Shown: positions 44,134-53,950, numbered from the stretch's first letter. The stretch: DNA of 64,000 nt from an uncultured Anaerolineales bacterium (GCA_964526295.1 CAZGKW010000011.1:3515-67514), one strand, 5' to 3'. Numbers and translations: made by a program. Notes: a model not told the origin generated them from the sequence alone.

Positions 44134-45849
44134 TCAGTCCTTTTTCAGGCGTTTGCGGAGCTGCTTCTCGGTGCGGGTGTTGAGGACGTCCTTCTTCTCG
44201 AGCCAACCCCGGCGGGCGACGCCGACGGCGAACCGCATGAAGTCGAGGTCCGACAGCTTGTGGGCGTCCGTGCCGAGGGTGAACTCCACGCCCGCCTCGC
44301 GGGCCCGCTTGACGTGGGTGTCGGGCAGGTCCAGCCGGTCGGGCTGCCCGTTGATCTCGATCCGGACGCCGTGTGCGACGCAGGCCTCGAAGATGCGGTC
44401 CATGTCGAGCGGGATGGGGTCGCGCCCGCCGATGATCCGCCCCAGGGGGTGCCCGAGGCAGTGAACGACGCCGCTCTTGATGGCCGAGAGGTACCGCTCG
44501 GTCATTTTGTCCTTGCCGAGGTTGCGGTCGTAGTGGATGCTGGCGACGACCCAGTCCATCTCTTCCAGGGTCTTCTCCTCCAGGTCCAGCTTGCCGCTCT
44601 TCAGGATGTCGACCTCGATGCCGGCCATGAGCCAAAGCTTGTCGATATGCGAATCGACGTCGCGGATGGCGTCGGCGTGCTTCCGGGCCGCATCGTCGTC
44701 GAGCCCTTTGGCCATCGTCACGCGCTTGGAGTGGTCGGTGATGGCGAAGTACTGGTAGCCCTTTTCGGCGGCGGCCTGGGCCATCTCCCGGATCGAGTTG
44801 GCCCCGTCGGTGGCGTCGGTGTGGGCCTGGAGGTCGCCGCGGACGTGGTCGAGCTCCACGAGGTCGGGCAGCTCGTCGGCTTCGGCGGCCTCGATCTCGC
44901 CCCGGTCCTCCCGCAGCTCGGGCGGGACCCAGGGCAGGTTCAGCCGGTGGTAGACGGCCTCCTCGGTCTTGCCGGCGAGGGGCTGGTCGCCCTTCGTCAG
45001 GCCGTACTCGTTGAGCTTCCAGTCGCGGTCGACGGCCCGCTTGCGGAGCTTGATGTTGTGGGCCTTCGAGCCGGTGAAGTAGATCAGGGCCGCCCCGAAG
45101 CTGGCCGGATCGAAGTATCGAAAATCGATCTGGAGCCCGCTCGACAGGCGCACCGAGACCTTCTCCTTGCCGCGGCTCAGGACCTCGTCGATCTCGCGGC
45201 ACTCGAGGACCGCCTCGGTGGCCTCGTCGCGGTCGGAGGCGTGGACCAGGATGTCGAGGTCGCCGACCGTCTCCTTGCGGCGGCGGAAACTGCCCGCCAC
45301 CTCGTACCGCTCGACGGCGTCGATCTTGTCGAGGTGGCGGGTGATCGATTCGACGTGGTCGGCGGCGGCCTTGTACAGGTACCGGCCGGCCGTCGCTTCG
45401 AGCGTCTTCAGGCCCTTGAGGAGGTCCTGCTCGGTCTTGGCACCGAAGCCGTCGAGGTCGCGGACCTTCTCGCCCTCGCAGGCCTTCTTCAGGTCGTCGA
45501 GCGACACGATGCCCAGCTTCTGGTGAAGCTGCATGACCTTGCGGGGGCCGAGGTTGGGGACCCGCATCAGCTCCACGAGGCCCGGCGGGACCTTCTCCCG
45601 CATCTCCCTGAGTCGCTCGCAGGAGCCGGTCTCCAGGATCTCGTGGACCTTCTCGGCGGTGCTCTCGCCGATGTTCGGCAGGTCCGAGAGGTCTTCGCCC
45701 CCCTCGACGAGGTCTTCGAGCCGCTCCGAGAGGTCCCGCACGGTCCGGGCGGCCGAGCGGTAGGAGCGGATGCGGAACTCGTTGCCGCCCGACAGCTCGA
45801 TCAGGTCGGCGATCTCGTCGAAGATGTCGGCAACCTGGGCATTCTCCAT
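44134..45849 (-). CDS. polX: DNA polymerase X / 3'-5' exonuclease (PolX-PHP), 571 aa
   Basis: NEFRIRSYRSAA, AGSFRRRKETVGDLDIL, YFTGSKAHN, LNEYGL; PHP motifs DLQAHT, ITDHS, GHPLGR, GTDAH. Confidence 0.95.
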   Translation of the reverse strand: MENAQVADIFDEIADLIELSGGNEFRIRSYRSAARTVRDLSERLEDLVEGGEDLSDLPNIGESTAEKVHEILETGSCERLREMREKVPPGLVELMRVPNLGPRKVMQLHQKLGIVSLDDLKKACEGEKVRDLDGFGAKTEQDLLKGLKTLEATAGRYLYKAAADHVESITRHLDKIDAVERYEVAGSFRRRKETVGDLDILVHASDRDEATEAVLECREIDEVLSRGKEKVSVRLSSGLQIDFRYFDPASFGAALIYFTGSKAHNIKLRKRAVDRDWKLNEYGLTKGDQPLAGKTEEAVYHRLNLPWVPPELREDRGEIEAAEADELPDLVELDHVRGDLQAHTDATDGANSIREMAQAAAEKGYQYFAITDHSKRVTMAKGLDDDAARKHADAIRDVDSHIDKLWLMAGIEVDILKSGKLDLEEKTLEEMDWVVASIHYDRNLGKDKMTERYLSAIKSGVVHCLGHPLGRIIGGRDPIPLDMDRIFEACVAHGVRIEINGQPDRLDLPDTHVKRAREAGVEFTLGTDAHKLSDLDFMRFAVGVARRGWLEKKDVLNTRTEKQLRKRLKKD

Positions 45850-45938
45850 GGCCGGACCTCCCGTGATGCCGGGCCCCCACCCGCCTGTCGCAGCTCGGGC
45901 ACACGCCGGCGGCATTCGTCCCGGCCGCGCATGCCTCC

Positions 45939-45944
45939 ATTATA
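45939..45944 (-). promoter_or_regulatory. Perfect -10 hexamer (TATAAT) upstream of polX
   Basis: Minus-strand TATAAT at 45944-45939; no clear -35 element. Confidence 0.45.
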
Positions 45945-46172
45945 GCTCGGCGGACGGGGCCGCCGGGCAGCCCACGCAAGTCGGGCCCGTGACGCCGGAT
46001 GGGTGCGCGGCCGCGTCTTTCCATCTTCCTGCCGGGGGGTGGCGATCGCTATCGGCGCCACTCGCGGCAGACCGTGGCCCGAACTATGAATCCTGGGTGG
46101 GTAGTTTCCCGGGGACATCGAGCGGGTGCAAGGGCGAGGTACGCCCCGCACGGACTCGGGCAAGACGCGGCG

Positions 46173-48764
46173 TCAAGAGGCAGGCAGCCGCGACAGGCCC
46201 TGGGACCGGTCGGGCCAGGGCGCCGCGTCGGGGCAGATCTCGGCCGCCAACTCGTACACCCGCCGCACGTGCGGCCAGACGTCGGCCGTGCCCGCCGGGC
46301 GGACCGCGCGGTTGCTCTCCATCACGTCCATCAGGACCTGGACGGCCCGCTCGGCCTCGTCGGCGAGCTCCTGCCCGGCCGCGGCCCGCCGCTCGGGGTC
46401 GGCCAGGGCGGCCCGGAGGCGTAGGACCGCCTCGGTGACCTGGAGCCCCTCGCGGAAGGCCCGGAGCTGCGGGCTGGGGGCCGCCCCGTCCGGGCCGGGC
46501 GCGACGAACGGACCGCCGCTCGGATGGATGTTGCCGAAGGGCGCGTACCGGCGGATGGGCCCGCGCTGCCGGCCGTCTTCGGCGGGCCAGGACCAGGTGT
46601 CGAAGCTCAGGAACCCGGTGCCGGCAAAGTTGGCCGCGATCCGCCCCAGCGGCGCCATCGTCAGGTAGTCGATGGGGCACGACGTGACGCCGTCGCGCTT
46701 CAGGCAGTCGATGGGGGCATCCGGGACGACGGTCCGGCGGGAATAGTTCCGCCGCACGACGTTGGCGTAGCCGACGACCAGGCCGCCCGGCTGGGTCCGG
46801 TCCTCGACGGTCGGGCCCCAGTTGCGGACGCTGCCGCCGTGGGTGACGACCCGCCAGTGCACCTCGGGGGCGAGTGCCTTGAAGAAGGCGACGATCTCGG
46901 TGTTGGGGAGGTTGTCGCCGCCCGTGCCCCAGAGGAGCCGCGTCCGGTCCCAGCCGAGGTCCGCCACGACCTTCTTGATGCCCGCCGCGACGGCCGCCCA
47001 GGTCGCCTCCGTCCCCGGCTTCGTGTAGACGGGCATCTCGGCCGGCACGAGCCGATCGCCCTCGAGCAAGCGGACCTTGATTGTCTCGCACATCCACTTC
47101 TCGTCGCCGCCGTCCCGGCCGAAGCCGCGGCGCGACACGTCGTAGTTCCACACCTGGACCGAGAGGAACCGCGGCGCGGGCGCGTGCCGGTCGTAGAGCT
47201 CCAGGTACCGCCGCGCGAAGCGAAAGTCCGGCACGTACCCGCCGCCCTCCCGGCGGAACACGACCAGGGGCTGGTCGCCGAAGACGTCCTCGGCGAGGAC
47301 CGGCACGCTCAGCAGGTGGTTGCCGGCATAGCCCATCAGGGCCATCGACCGCTCCAGCAGCTCGAAGTGCCTGTCCGACCACAACGCGACACCGTACTGC
47401 CGCGCGATCGACTCCGGCGAGTGGAGCAGGCTGACCGACGTGCCGTAGTCCGCCAGGTCGGGGAGCTTCCAGTCGTAGACGGTCAGCTCGACGGGGACCT
47501 CGGCCCGCGGGGGCCGCCGGAGGCCCTCGATGACGAGCGTACCGCGGTAAAGGCCCGGCGGTGCGTCCTTCGGCACGCGTGCAAGGAGAAAAATGGGCAC
47601 GATTCGGGCCGCGTCGGGCGGGTTTGCGAGAAGCCGCGGGACCTTCTCGCCCGCCGTGGCGTAGCCGACCTCGACGCACGCGGCGTCGAGGCTTGCGCCG
47701 GCGTCCGTCCTCAAGTCGCTCAGCCTGGCCGAGACGCCCGAAAGCGGCGCCGCCGCGCTGACCACCGCCTGGCCGGACGACACGCCGCCGGCCGGCGTCG
47801 CGAGGCGCACCGGCCACAGCGGCTCCAGCGGGTCGGCACGATCCAGGTCGACGCCGGGCCGCACGAGGGTGTCGCACGTCCAGACCTGCTGCGGCGGGAC
47901 GTCGCCGGTGTTCGCCACCAGGCCGTCACCCGCCGGGGCCGTCAGGGAGATGCCCACCAGGCCGCACGTGCCCCACACGTTCTTGCCGACCCGCGGGTGC
48001 CAGGAGCTGCCTTCGACGACGGGCCCGAGCCGCGTGGGGATGGCGGCCCGATGCAGCTCCAGGGCGAGGACGTTCACTCCCCGCCGAAGCATCCCGGCCG
48101 GCAGCTTCACGCGGAGCGTCCGGAACCGCTCGCGGTAGTGCCCGAGGAGCTCGCCGCGGGGTTCCTTGCCGCGTCCGAGGGGTTTCAGGGGCATGCCGTC
48201 CGGCCCGGCGAAGACCTCCGGCTCGTAGTCTACGGCGAGCGTCAACGGCTCGACGTTTCCGGGCGGCATGTGGCCGCGTGCGACCTCCCGGCCGTTCAGG
48301 TAGACGACGACCCCGCCGCGGTACGTCAGGTCCAGCGTGAGCGGCCCGGCCTTCGCGGGGTCGGTGACGCCGAATCGGGTCCGGGCACAGAGGAGGTAGA
48401 TCTCGGCGGCCGCTCCGCCGCCGTATCCGCCGAAGGGCGGCCCCGCCAGGCGCCGCCAGCCGGAATCGTCGAACTCGAGCGCGTCCCAGCCGTCCGGTGG
48501 CGGGGGCGTCGGCTCCGTGAAGCTGTTCCGGACCCACCGCGTGCCGCCCTTCGGGATGGGGTGCCCCCCGCCGAGGTCGTACTGCCCGTCGGTGACCGTG
48601 GCGGGCGTCCGCCAGGCGGCGTGGAACCGCCAGAAGGAGCCGTCGTTCAAGACCTCGAAGCCGCCGGCCCCGCCGCCCGGCTCCGCCGCGCCGAGTGCGA
48701 CACCCGGCACCAGGCCCAACATAAACGCCGCAACACACGTCGCCCGGATCGCCTTCACTTTCAT
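46173..48764 (-). CDS. Secreted GH123-like / glycoside hydrolase domain-containing protein, paralog G2 (863 aa)
   Basis: ATG overlaps the upstream TGA; signal peptide; collinear with 25130-27679 (RFGVTDPA, YRGGVVVYLNGREVARGHMP, NVLALELHRA, GVSSGQ, HSPESIARQYGV). Confidence 0.6.
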   Translation of the reverse strand: MKVKAIRATCVAAFMLGLVPGVALGAAEPGGGAGGFEVLNDGSFWRFHAAWRTPATVTDGQYDLGGGHPIPKGGTRWVRNSFTEPTPPPPDGWDALEFDDSGWRRLAGPPFGGYGGGAAAEIYLLCARTRFGVTDPAKAGPLTLDLTYRGGVVVYLNGREVARGHMPPGNVEPLTLAVDYEPEVFAGPDGMPLKPLGRGKEPRGELLGHYRERFRTLRVKLPAGMLRRGVNVLALELHRAAIPTRLGPVVEGSSWHPRVGKNVWGTCGLVGISLTAPAGDGLVANTGDVPPQQVWTCDTLVRPGVDLDRADPLEPLWPVRLATPAGGVSSGQAVVSAAAPLSGVSARLSDLRTDAGASLDAACVEVGYATAGEKVPRLLANPPDAARIVPIFLLARVPKDAPPGLYRGTLVIEGLRRPPRAEVPVELTVYDWKLPDLADYGTSVSLLHSPESIARQYGVALWSDRHFELLERSMALMGYAGNHLLSVPVLAEDVFGDQPLVVFRREGGGYVPDFRFARRYLELYDRHAPAPRFLSVQVWNYDVSRRGFGRDGGDEKWMCETIKVRLLEGDRLVPAEMPVYTKPGTEATWAAVAAGIKKVVADLGWDRTRLLWGTGGDNLPNTEIVAFFKALAPEVHWRVVTHGGSVRNWGPTVEDRTQPGGLVVGYANVVRRNYSRRTVVPDAPIDCLKRDGVTSCPIDYLTMAPLGRIAANFAGTGFLSFDTWSWPAEDGRQRGPIRRYAPFGNIHPSGGPFVAPGPDGAAPSPQLRAFREGLQVTEAVLRLRAALADPERRAAAGQELADEAERAVQVLMDVMESNRAVRPAGTADVWPHVRRVYELAAEICPDAAPWPDRSQGLSRLPAS

Positions 48765-49777
48765 GCTGCTCCCCAGCTTGCTCCCGAGATCTGCGTCCAG
48801 TCGAACGCGACGGTCAGCCCGTCGATCCGCTTCTCGAGGACCGCCTCGTAGGCCGACTGGCAGTCCGCCGGGTCGGCCATCGTGTGCAGGCCGTTGACGT
48901 TGACGGCCCCCGAAGCGAGAAACCCGAGGGCACGCTCCATGTTTCCCCAAATGCTCGGCTTGCCCGTGCCGTCGGGGTAGCGGGGCACCTGCCACTCCGT
49001 GCCGGACCGCATCGTCGCCACCGCCCGGAAGACGGCCTTATAGGCGTCGTGGGCGAGGGCGTCGGTCTTGGCGGACATCGGGACGCCGACCAGGACGATC
49101 TCGCCGCCCTTCCGAAGACACCACGTCGCGTCGACCACGGCCCGCTCGTGGGCGCTGCACTCCAGGACCAGCCCGACCTTGCCCCGCCACGCCGGATCGT
49201 CCACCGGCACGGCCGGCAGGACCGTCTCGATTCCGTGCTCGACGGCGATCCGTCGGCGGGCCTCGACGGGCTCGACGCCGACGACGCGGTAGCCCGCCAT
49301 GCGAAAGAGCTGGGCCCCCAGCAGGCCGACCAGGCCCAACCCCACGACCATCACGGTCTCAGGCGGGCGGACGGCCGTCGTGCTGTACGTGCTGAACGTC
49401 ACGTTCATGATGCGGGCGTACGGGGCCTTCACGGGCTCGAGGCCCTCCGGAACGGGCAGACACGCCCGCCGCTCGACCCGCTGACACCCCTGGTGGGGCC
49501 CGGCACAGAAGATGAGGTCGCCCGCCTGAAGGTCGTCGACCTCCTCGCCGGTCTCCTCGACCTCGGCGACGGCGGCGTAGCCGGGCGTCGCGGGGAAGCT
49601 GCCCCAGCCGGCGCCTGCCCGGTCGTACTCGCCGAGGAAGATGTTGAGCTCCGTGCCGGGGCTGATCAGCGTGTAGAGCGTCCGGGCCGAGACCACCGCC
49701 GGGGCTACGCCCGAGGTGTCCCGCTCGACGTCGGCCAGCTCGCAGGCCCGCTCGGCCGTGATCCGAACGGCCTTCAT
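48761..49777 (-). CDS. MDR-family (zinc-binding alcohol dehydrogenase-like) oxidoreductase, 338 aa
   Basis: TLISPGTE, PGYAAV, GPHQ, Rossmann VMVVGLGLVGLLGAQL. Confidence 0.88.
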   Translation of the reverse strand: MKAVRITAERACELADVERDTSGVAPAVVSARTLYTLISPGTELNIFLGEYDRAGAGWGSFPATPGYAAVAEVEETGEEVDDLQAGDLIFCAGPHQGCQRVERRACLPVPEGLEPVKAPYARIMNVTFSTYSTTAVRPPETVMVVGLGLVGLLGAQLFRMAGYRVVGVEPVEARRRIAVEHGIETVLPAVPVDDPAWRGKVGLVLECSAHERAVVDATWCLRKGGEIVLVGVPMSAKTDALAHDAYKAVFRAVATMRSGTEWQVPRYPDGTGKPSIWGNMERALGFLASGAVNVNGLHTMADPADCQSAYEAVLEKRIDGLTVAFDWTQISGASWGAA

Positions 49778-49794
49778 GGTGGCTCTTTCGGTGC

Positions 49795-50634
49795 TCAAAG
49801 GTCGATCCTTTCCTTCTGTGCCAGGCCGCGGAGGTGCTCGGCGGCCAGGGCATATTCCTCCGCGTTCGGCAGGTGCTCGAGCATCACCGGCGTGTCGTCG
49901 GGCAGGCGGGACGCCTCCCGCAGGAGGGTCGCCAGGTCGAGGCGCCCCGTCCCGGGGCGGCACTCGTCGATGTGCACGAGCTGCTTCTGGGACATCGTCA
50001 CGTCCTTGACGTGCACGCTCCTGACGTGCGGGCCGAGCATGCGAAACAGCTCCCGCACGATCCGCGAGTTGTCGTAAAACCGGGACGGGCCGGAGATGAC
50101 GTTCACCGGGTCGAGGTGGACGGCGAAGGCCTTCCGGTCGACGGCGTCGATGAGAGCGAGGTACTGCTCGGACGAATCGGGGAAGACCCACGGCTTCATC
50201 TCCAGGGTGTAGCACGTGCGGGTCGGGCGGACGGCGTCGATGATGGCCCGGAGACCCTCCACGAGCAGGTCGAAGGCGTCCCGGGAGAAGTTCTCCGGGT
50301 GCCAGCCGTTCCAGGGCTCGCCCGCGCGGCTGCCGGCGATGTTGACGCAGCACCTCGCACCCACCCGGTCGGCCAGGGCCAGCGAGGCCGCGCAGCTCGC
50401 GACGGCCTCCTTCCGGGCCGCCTCGTCGGGGTGGAGCGTGTTATTGCGCCAGGCGCCGACCTCGGCCATGACCAGGCCGGCCGCTTCGGCGGCGTCGGCA
50501 TAGGCCCGGCAGGTGGCCTCGTCGGCATCGGGCTTCAGGGGGCAGTAGGCCGCCCGCCATCCGGCCCGCTTGACGGCCTCGGCCCACGCCTCCGGCCCGT
50601 CGAACTCACCGTAGATCGGTCCGCCCAGTCTCAT
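49795..50634 (-). CDS. Sugar phosphate isomerase/epimerase (xylose isomerase-like TIM barrel), 279 aa
   Basis: YTLEMKPW, VHLDPVNVI, SVHVKD, VMLEH metal-ligand pattern. Confidence 0.9.
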   Translation of the reverse strand: MRLGGPIYGEFDGPEAWAEAVKRAGWRAAYCPLKPDADEATCRAYADAAEAAGLVMAEVGAWRNNTLHPDEAARKEAVASCAASLALADRVGARCCVNIAGSRAGEPWNGWHPENFSRDAFDLLVEGLRAIIDAVRPTRTCYTLEMKPWVFPDSSEQYLALIDAVDRKAFAVHLDPVNVISGPSRFYDNSRIVRELFRMLGPHVRSVHVKDVTMSQKQLVHIDECRPGTGRLDLATLLREASRLPDDTPVMLEHLPNAEEYALAAEHLRGLAQKERIDL

Positions 50635-50920
50635 GCTTCGGTCCCTTTCGATTCCCGAGGCGCTGCGGCGACTCGCCGGCGCTTCTCCTACCCTACCGGC
50701 TGGGGCCCCCGGCGTCACGCGTTCTCTCGTTCGCCCGCAGTGGCCGCATCGCGTCACCGTCCTGCCCGCCTCGGCGATATACCCCCGTAACCACGCCGGG
50801 ACGCCGCGGTTTACCCCTATTAGCCATCCGGGGAGGGGGTGCCCTACCGGTCCGACCCACCCGCGGACCCCCTGTTGGGGGGGGGACTGGCACGGCCGGG
50901 ATGCCTGTGGAGTGCCGACC

Positions 50921-53900
50921 ATGACGACGAGGCCGACGACCCGCCGAACGTCGCGGCTCGCGCTGAGAGCGCTTGCCCTGGGCGCAGCGTTCGCCCTCGC
51001 CGCACCCGGCGCCCGCGCCGGCGGCTTCAGCGGCGAGATGGACGTCGTCCTCCGCGATTGTCTCACGGACGGTCCCGACGCCGTCGACCTGCCGGCCGGC
51101 GGCAACCTCTTCCTCCATCTGGAGGCCGAGGATGGGCAGTGGAAGCGGGTCTGGGGCAAGGGACTGACCATCTCGGAGCACCCGGGCCTGGTCGAGTCGG
51201 CCGAGGTCACCGACGAGGGCGTCCGCCTCAAGGTCGGTATGCTGATCCTGGGCGACTTCTGGGTCAAGGGCGAGTGGCCCGCCGCCTACGAGATCACCCT
51301 CGACCGGCGGGACGACGGGACGCTCGCGGGCCGGTACGAGGGCCACTTCGCGGGCCACGCCCGGAGCGGCGAGGCCGAGGGGGACCTCTTCGGCCCCCGG
51401 CCCGTCCGCGAGGGGTTCAAGCCGCCCGCCATGGACGAGCACCCCCGGGTCCTCTTCCGCAAGGCCGACATCCCGCGCCTCAAGGCGAAGCTCGACACGC
51501 CCTTCGGCCGCCGCTACCGCGAGCGGGCCGAGGCGTCCGGCGACATGATCAGCCTCGGCGTCCTGTACCAGTTGACCGGCGACCCCGCCTACGCCGACAG
51601 GGCCCGGGCAGTCATCGAGGCGGAGTACCGCACCGGCGGGGACGACGAGATCCCCGTTTACGGGTTCGGCTCGGGCGGGTTCGGCCACGACATCTTCCGA
51701 ACGGCGGTGGCGTACGACCTGTGCCGGGACGCCTGGCCGGCCGCGTTCAACACGTGGCTTCGGACCCAGTTCGAGGCGTTCACGGAGCGGCAGCAGCACG
51801 TGCTGATGACCTCGCACGCGAACTACCACCCGTGCAGCAACTACTACGGCCCCGGCCGGGGGGTGCCGGGGGTCGTCTCGATGGTCCTGTGGGGGGACAA
51901 GGGCCCCGCGCCCCCGCCGCCGCGCGACCCCGTCGAGCGGGCCTGGCCGGTTCGCCCGCCGCCGGATTACGCCCCCGCCGCGGGGGCCGAGGTCGTCGAC
52001 TTCGAGGCGGGCCGGACGCCCAACCGATGGATCTGGACGGGCCTCCTGCCCTACGAGTGCAGTCGCGACGTCCTGGCGAAGCTCGGCGGCTACGCCGGGG
52101 CCCGGCCGACGGTCGGCACGACGACCGAATACACCGTCAAGAGCGGCACGTGGTTCAAGATGGCGGCCCTTAAGTTCGCCCCGCTGCCCGAGGGCGCGGC
52201 AACCGGCGACGGCATCGACCTGGGGAAGCTCTCCTCCGACGGCGCGGCGTCCGTGTCGGCGTGGTTCACCCACGTCCGCGTCGGCCGGGAGCAGGTCCTG
52301 AGGCCGGTCCCCGGTCGCGAGGGCGTCCGGGCCTGGATGTCGGGCACCGAGCTGGAGGCCGACACACTCTACCGCGTGCACCCGGGCGTCCACCCCCTGA
52401 CGGTCGAGCTGCGGGCGGAGAAGACGGCCGGCGTTCTCGCGCCGCGGCTCGTGCCGGTCGATACCGAGGCCCAGGGCGGCCCGGTTGGCCTCTACCGCAT
52501 CCGGGAGGCCCTGTGGCAGGAGGACAAGGCCCTGTGGGACCGGACCGGCATGGACCCGACGCGACAGCTCTGGCTCGACCGCGGCTGGTTCCAGAACTAC
52601 CAGCACTACCTCTGGGGGGTCGGCCACGGGGGGTTCATGGCCGAGACGGGCGGCTACGCCCAGATCTCGAGCTGGTACCCCTCGGTCTACGCGTCGATGT
52701 ACCCGAACTTCTTCGGGCGGCCCGTCTCGCCGCGACCCGACGTCGACCACATCATCCCGCGCCAGATGATGCAGGCTGTCTTCGTCCCCGGGCGCAAGCC
52801 CGCCATCCTCAAGCTCAACAGCGCCCTGACCCTCAACCTCCAGTGGATGGCGTGCCACTTCCCCATCATTCCCGACCGGTACAAGCCGTCGGCCCTGTGG
52901 GCGTGGAACTACCTGGCGGGCGTGACGAAGAAGACGCCGGTCGCGGAGGTCCTCGACGACGGCAAGCGGACCATCTGGGGCCTGGGCGGCCTGTCGCTGG
53001 CCCAGACGTTCCTCCACTACCCGCTCGACATGGGGCCGGTGCACCCCTCCGAGGGGATGCCCCGCCACTGGCGGGCCGACACGTTCGGCTTCCACGTCTT
53101 CCGGTCCGGCTGGGGCGGCGACGACCAGTTCGTCTCGCAGGTCTTCGCCAAGGCGGCCCCCGTGCGGGGGTGGAACCACCCCAACGCCGCCGGGTTCACT
53201 ATCTACGGCCTGGGCCACGCCTGGACGGTGGCCCCCGAGGGCCGCAACGGCGTCCGCGAGCAGTACTCCGTGGTGCTGCTGCCCGAAGACGAGATCAACC
53301 AGAGTTCCTGCGGGCGGATCGTGCACCACGAGGCCCGCCCGGACGGCTCGGGGAGCCTGACGATCGACCTGGGCGATGTCTATGCCGCCCGGACGCGGGG
53401 GTTGTACGACGGGATGTTCTTCCGGCACCCGGAGCGGTTCAAGCCCTCCGGCATCGCGGGCCTGCGGGCGTTCGGGTTCGACTACAGCGGCACGTGCGGG
53501 GCCCCTGCCCTGGTGGTGATCGTGGACCGGATCCGCGGGGGCGGGCGGCGGCTGTGGACGTGGCAACGGCCGGGCGCCGAGACCGTCACCGACGAGCGGG
53601 GCTTCACGCTCCGCTATCCCGACGCGACGATGCGGGCCACCTTCGTCAGCCCGAAGGCCGTCCGCATCGAGGCTCCGGGGCCGCAGGCCGTCCAGGTGGG
53701 CGACCCCCGGCACGGGTTCCACGGCAACGTCAACCGCGTCAAGGCGGTCGCCGACGGGGCGTCGGCCGAGACCGGCGACGGCGAGAGCTTCTTCGTCGTC
53801 CTGACGTTCCAGCCCCAGGCCCCCGGTGATGGCAAGGGGCGGGGCGAAGCGCCGCCCGTGACGGTCGAGGGCGACGGCCTGGCCGCCACGGTCAAGGTGG

Positions 53901-53950
53901 GCGGGCAGACGGTCCGCTTCGACGGCACGCGCGTGGTCTTCGGACCTTGA
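50921..53950 (+). CDS. Secreted heparinase II/III-like protein, paralog P3, with inserted PA14-like module (1009 aa)
   Basis: Signal ALRALALGAAFALAAPGARA; DEHPRVLFRK; AVAYDLCRDAWP; GFHVFRSGW; RAFGFDYSGTCGAP. Confidence 0.75.
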   Translation: MTTRPTTRRTSRLALRALALGAAFALAAPGARAGGFSGEMDVVLRDCLTDGPDAVDLPAGGNLFLHLEAEDGQWKRVWGKGLTISEHPGLVESAEVTDEGVRLKVGMLILGDFWVKGEWPAAYEITLDRRDDGTLAGRYEGHFAGHARSGEAEGDLFGPRPVREGFKPPAMDEHPRVLFRKADIPRLKAKLDTPFGRRYRERAEASGDMISLGVLYQLTGDPAYADRARAVIEAEYRTGGDDEIPVYGFGSGGFGHDIFRTAVAYDLCRDAWPAAFNTWLRTQFEAFTERQQHVLMTSHANYHPCSNYYGPGRGVPGVVSMVLWGDKGPAPPPPRDPVERAWPVRPPPDYAPAAGAEVVDFEAGRTPNRWIWTGLLPYECSRDVLAKLGGYAGARPTVGTTTEYTVKSGTWFKMAALKFAPLPEGAATGDGIDLGKLSSDGAASVSAWFTHVRVGREQVLRPVPGREGVRAWMSGTELEADTLYRVHPGVHPLTVELRAEKTAGVLAPRLVPVDTEAQGGPVGLYRIREALWQEDKALWDRTGMDPTRQLWLDRGWFQNYQHYLWGVGHGGFMAETGGYAQISSWYPSVYASMYPNFFGRPVSPRPDVDHIIPRQMMQAVFVPGRKPAILKLNSALTLNLQWMACHFPIIPDRYKPSALWAWNYLAGVTKKTPVAEVLDDGKRTIWGLGGLSLAQTFLHYPLDMGPVHPSEGMPRHWRADTFGFHVFRSGWGGDDQFVSQVFAKAAPVRGWNHPNAAGFTIYGLGHAWTVAPEGRNGVREQYSVVLLPEDEINQSSCGRIVHHEARPDGSGSLTIDLGDVYAARTRGLYDGMFFRHPERFKPSGIAGLRAFGFDYSGTCGAPALVVIVDRIRGGGRRLWTWQRPGAETVTDERGFTLRYPDATMRATFVSPKAVRIEAPGPQAVQVGDPRHGFHGNVNRVKAVADGASAETGDGESFFVVLTFQPQAPGDGKGRGEAPPVTVEGDGLAATVKVGGQTVRFDGTRVVFGP

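Noticed and set aside
29743-46172. att sites, target duplications or an integrase bounding the central block
   Set aside because: No direct repeat was found by eye in the 29743-29915 and 45850-46172 intergenic regions, and no recombinase or tRNA is present.
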